This document shows positions 60,768-64,000 of a DNA stretch of 64,000 nt, in pieces. Source of the stretch: Mobula hypostoma (Eukaryota). The notes beneath the pieces were generated by a model, which saw nothing but the letters and a program-made list of their open reading frames with translations, searched no databases and was not told where the DNA came from. The position numbers and the translations under genes were made by a program. The DNA is taken from the NCBI RefSeq assembly GCF_963921235.1, contig NC_086108.1, forward strand, positions 38,194,001-38,258,000, in the 5' to 3' direction. Within the stretch, counting starts at the first letter, position 1. Each line of letters begins with the position of its first letter.

Positions 60768-62990
60768 ATAGAAACATAAAAACATAGAATCATAGAAAAC
60801 TTACAGCACAATACAGGCCCTTCAGCCCACAATGCTGTGCCAAATATGTCCTTACCTTAGAAATTACCTAAGGTTACCCATAGCCCTCTGTTTTTCTGAG
60901 CGCCATGTACCTATTCAGGAGATTCTTAAAAGACCCTATTGTATCCGCCGCCACCACCATGGCCAGTAGCCCATTCCATGCACTCACCACTCAGCATAAA
61001 AAATTTACCCCCGACATCTCCTCTGTACCAACTTCCAAGCACCTTAAAACTGTGTCCTCTCGTGTTAGCCATTTCAGCCCTGGGAAATAAACTTCTGACT
61101 ATCCACACGATCGATGCCTCTCATCATCTTATGCACTTCAATCAGCTCACCTCTCATCCTCCGTCACTCCAAAGAGAACAGGCTAAGTTCACTCAACCTA
61201 TTCTCATAAGGCATGCTCCCCAATCCAGGCAATATCCTTGCAAATCTCCTCTGCACACTTTCTATGGTTTTCACATCCTTCCTCTCGTGAGGCAAACAGA
61301 AGTGAACACAGTACTCCAAGTGGGGTCTGACCAGGGTCCTATATAGCTGCAACATTACCTCTTGGCTCTTAAATTCAATCCCCCAATTGATGAATGCCAA
61401 TGCACCATATGCTTTCTTAACCACACAGTCAACCTGCACAGCAGCTTTGAGTGTCCTATGGACTCGGATTCCAAGATCTCTCTGATCCTCCACACTGCCA
61501 AGAATCTTACCATTAATACTATATTCTGCCATCATATTTGACTTTCCAAAATGAACCACCTCACACTTATCTGGGTTGAACTTTATCTGCCACTTTTCAG
61601 CCCAGTTTTACATTTTATCAATGTCCCGCTGTAACTTCTGACAGCCCTCCACACTATCCACAACACCCCCAACATTTGTGTCATCAGCAAATTTACTAGC
61701 TCATCCCTCCACTTCCTCATCCAGGTCATTTATAAAAATCACAAGGAGTAAGGGTCCCAGAACAGATCCCTGAGGCACACCACTGGTCACAGACCTCCAC
61801 GCAAAATATGACCCATCTACAACCACTCTTTGCCTTCTGTAAGCAAGCGAGATCTGGATCGACAGAGCAATATCTCCTTGGATCCCATGCCTCCTTACTT
61901 TCTCAATAAGCCTTGCATGGGGTACCTTGTCAAATCCCTTGCTGAAATCCATATACACCTCTCTACTGCTCTACCTTCATCAATGTGTTTAGTCACATCC
62001 TCAAAACATTCAATCAGGCTCATAAGGCACGGCCTGCCTTTGACAAAGCCATGCTGACTAGTTCTAATCAAATTATGCCTCTCCAAATGTTCATAAATCC
62101 TACCTCTCAGGATCTTCTCCATCAACTTACCAACCACTGAAGTAAGACTCACTTATCTATAATTTCCTGGGCTATCTCTACCTTCTTTCTTGAATAAGGG
62201 AACAACATCCGCAACCCTCCAATCCTCTGGAACCTCTCCCGTCCCTCATCATCGCCACAGGCTCAGCAATCTCCTCCCTCACCTGGGGTGCATCTCGTCC
62301 AGTCTTGATGTTTTCCAAAAGCTCCAGCACATCCTCTTCCTTAATATCTACATGCTCAAGCTTTGCAGTCCGCTATAAGTCATCCCTACAATTGCCAAGA
62401 TCCTTTTCCATAGCAAATACTGATGCAAAGTATTCATTAAGTACCTCTGCTATCTTCTCCGGTTCCATGCACACTTTTCCACTGTCACACTTGATTGGTC
62501 TTATTCTCTCACGTCTTATCCTCTTGCTCTTCACATACTTGTAGAATGACCTGGGGTTTTCTTTAATCCTGTCTGCCAAGGCCTCTCATGGCCCCTTCTG
62601 TCTCTCCTAATTTCTTTCTTAAGGTCCTTCCTGCTAGCCTTATAATCTTCTAGATCTCTATCATTACCTAGTTTTTTGAACCGTTCCTAAGCTCTTCTTT
62701 TCTTCTTGACTAGATTTACAACAGTCTTTGTACACCACGGTTCCTGTACCTTACCATCCTTTCCCTGTCTCATTAGAATGTAGCTATGCAGAACTCCATG
62801 CAAATATCCCCTGAACATTTGCCACATTTGTTCCGTACGTTTCCGAGAACATCTGTTTCCAATTTATGCTTCCAAGTTCCTGCCTGATAGCCTCATATGT
62901 CCCCTTACTCCAATTAAATGCCTTCCTACCTTGTCTGTTCCTATCCCTCTCCAATGCTATGGTAATGCAGATCGAATTGTGATCACAAAA
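60768..62990 (-). mobile_element. 5'-truncated CR1 LINE
   Basis: [52 protein letters not shown]; (TTTCTATG)n-like tail. Confidence 0.93.
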
Positions 62991-63465
62991 ATCCAAGAAA
63001 GTGGCTAACCCCTAAGATCAGGTTTTACCTCAGTGGAATTTTAATTTAACAATTTCCAATTATACCCTTGTGGTATTGTTGATAGTATTCGGTTACAGAA
63101 TGATATTGGTCAGCTGATAAATTTTGTAAAGTGATGATATGTGTCAGGTGATTCATCCTGGGGAGATGTAACACACAATGATTGATAAAGTATTAAGAAA
63201 CAGAGGGATCTTCATATATATATCAACAGATCTCTAAAGGTGACCACAAAAGGTAAAAGGCATGCTGGATGATTCTGCTCTTTGTCAGGACACCGAGTAT
63301 AAGAGCAGGGGCATTATTATAGAAATATAAAATACAAAACATATGGAACAATTCAACACAGGAACAGAACCTTTACCCCAATGTGCCTTTACTCACAATG
63401 GTGGGCTCATTTGGTTGTCTTTGTTTTCCCTGACAGAGACTGAAAGGGGATCGGATAAAGGTGTA

Positions 63466-64000
63466 CAGGTGTCCCCCGCTTTTCGAACGTTCGCTTTACG
63501 AAACCTCACTGTTACGAAAGACCTACATTAGTGCCCTGCTTTTGCTTTCAGAAGGTGTTTTCACTGTTACGAAAAGAAAGCAGTGTGTGATAAAAAATTA
63601 GCGCGCGAAAAAAAACAGCGCATGATAAAAGGCAGAGCGCACCCCGAGCAGCCGCTCTCCCCAGATTTGGAACTGCATTCTCGCTGGCATTGCTTAAACA
63701 CGAGCCTGTGAGCAGCCGTTTGCAAGACGAGTTCGAAGGTATCAGAAAAACCTGAAAGAGCTCATAAGGGTGTTACACTTAGTGTAAAACTAGACATAAT
63801 TAAGCGTTTTGATCATGGTGAAAGAAATAAGGACAACGTGAGTTTGGCTTGTGGAAGCTGACGAAGATGATGTTGAAGAGGTTTTGGATTCCCATAACCA
63901 AGAACTGACAGGTGAAGAGCTGATGCAATTGGAAGAGGAAAGGATAACAATCAAAACCGAATGAGTAATGATAAAGTACGACTTCAATTTTGAAAGGGTA
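63466..64000 (+). mobile_element. Second copy of the non-autonomous Tigger element, running off the window
   Basis: TA then CAGGTGTCCCCCGC TIR; collinear with the reverse complement of about 33215-33774. Confidence 0.88.

Noticed and set aside
505..63987. Most short ORFs in the six-frame track
   Set aside because: Antisense or off-frame readings of TEs, or chance ORFs in AT-rich DNA, many with non-ATG starts

Overview
Repeat-dominated eukaryotic (vertebrate) DNA. The mix of CR1 LINEs with esterase-type ORF1, Rex1-like LINEs, Neptune-type Penelope-like elements (PLEs), Gypsy LTR elements and Tigger relics is consistent with a cartilaginous fish intron or intergenic region (inference). No prokaryotic genes, CRISPR, rRNA or tRNA genes are visible, and no host gene can be named; two weak minus-strand candidate exons lie at about 22.5 and 25.3 kb. 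Main features: (1) a very young LTR element (50214-55129; LTRs differ by one visible 2-bp indel; tRNA-Pro PBS; CAAT TSD) carrying a single unbroken 975-aa ORF. It has intact SCAN-type Gag and protease, followed by in-frame scraps of integrase then RT (Gmr1 order) that lack all catalytic cores. (2) PLE insertions flanked by inverted terminal copies and TSDs (26337-29607 with a 764-aa RT+GIY-YIG frame; 6499-7792), whose termini carry minimal hammerhead ribozyme motifs. (3) A non-autonomous Tigger with an 80-bp-arm internal hairpin. (4) Several multi-layer nested insertions. Coordinates were counted by eye; boundaries of old fragments are approximate.
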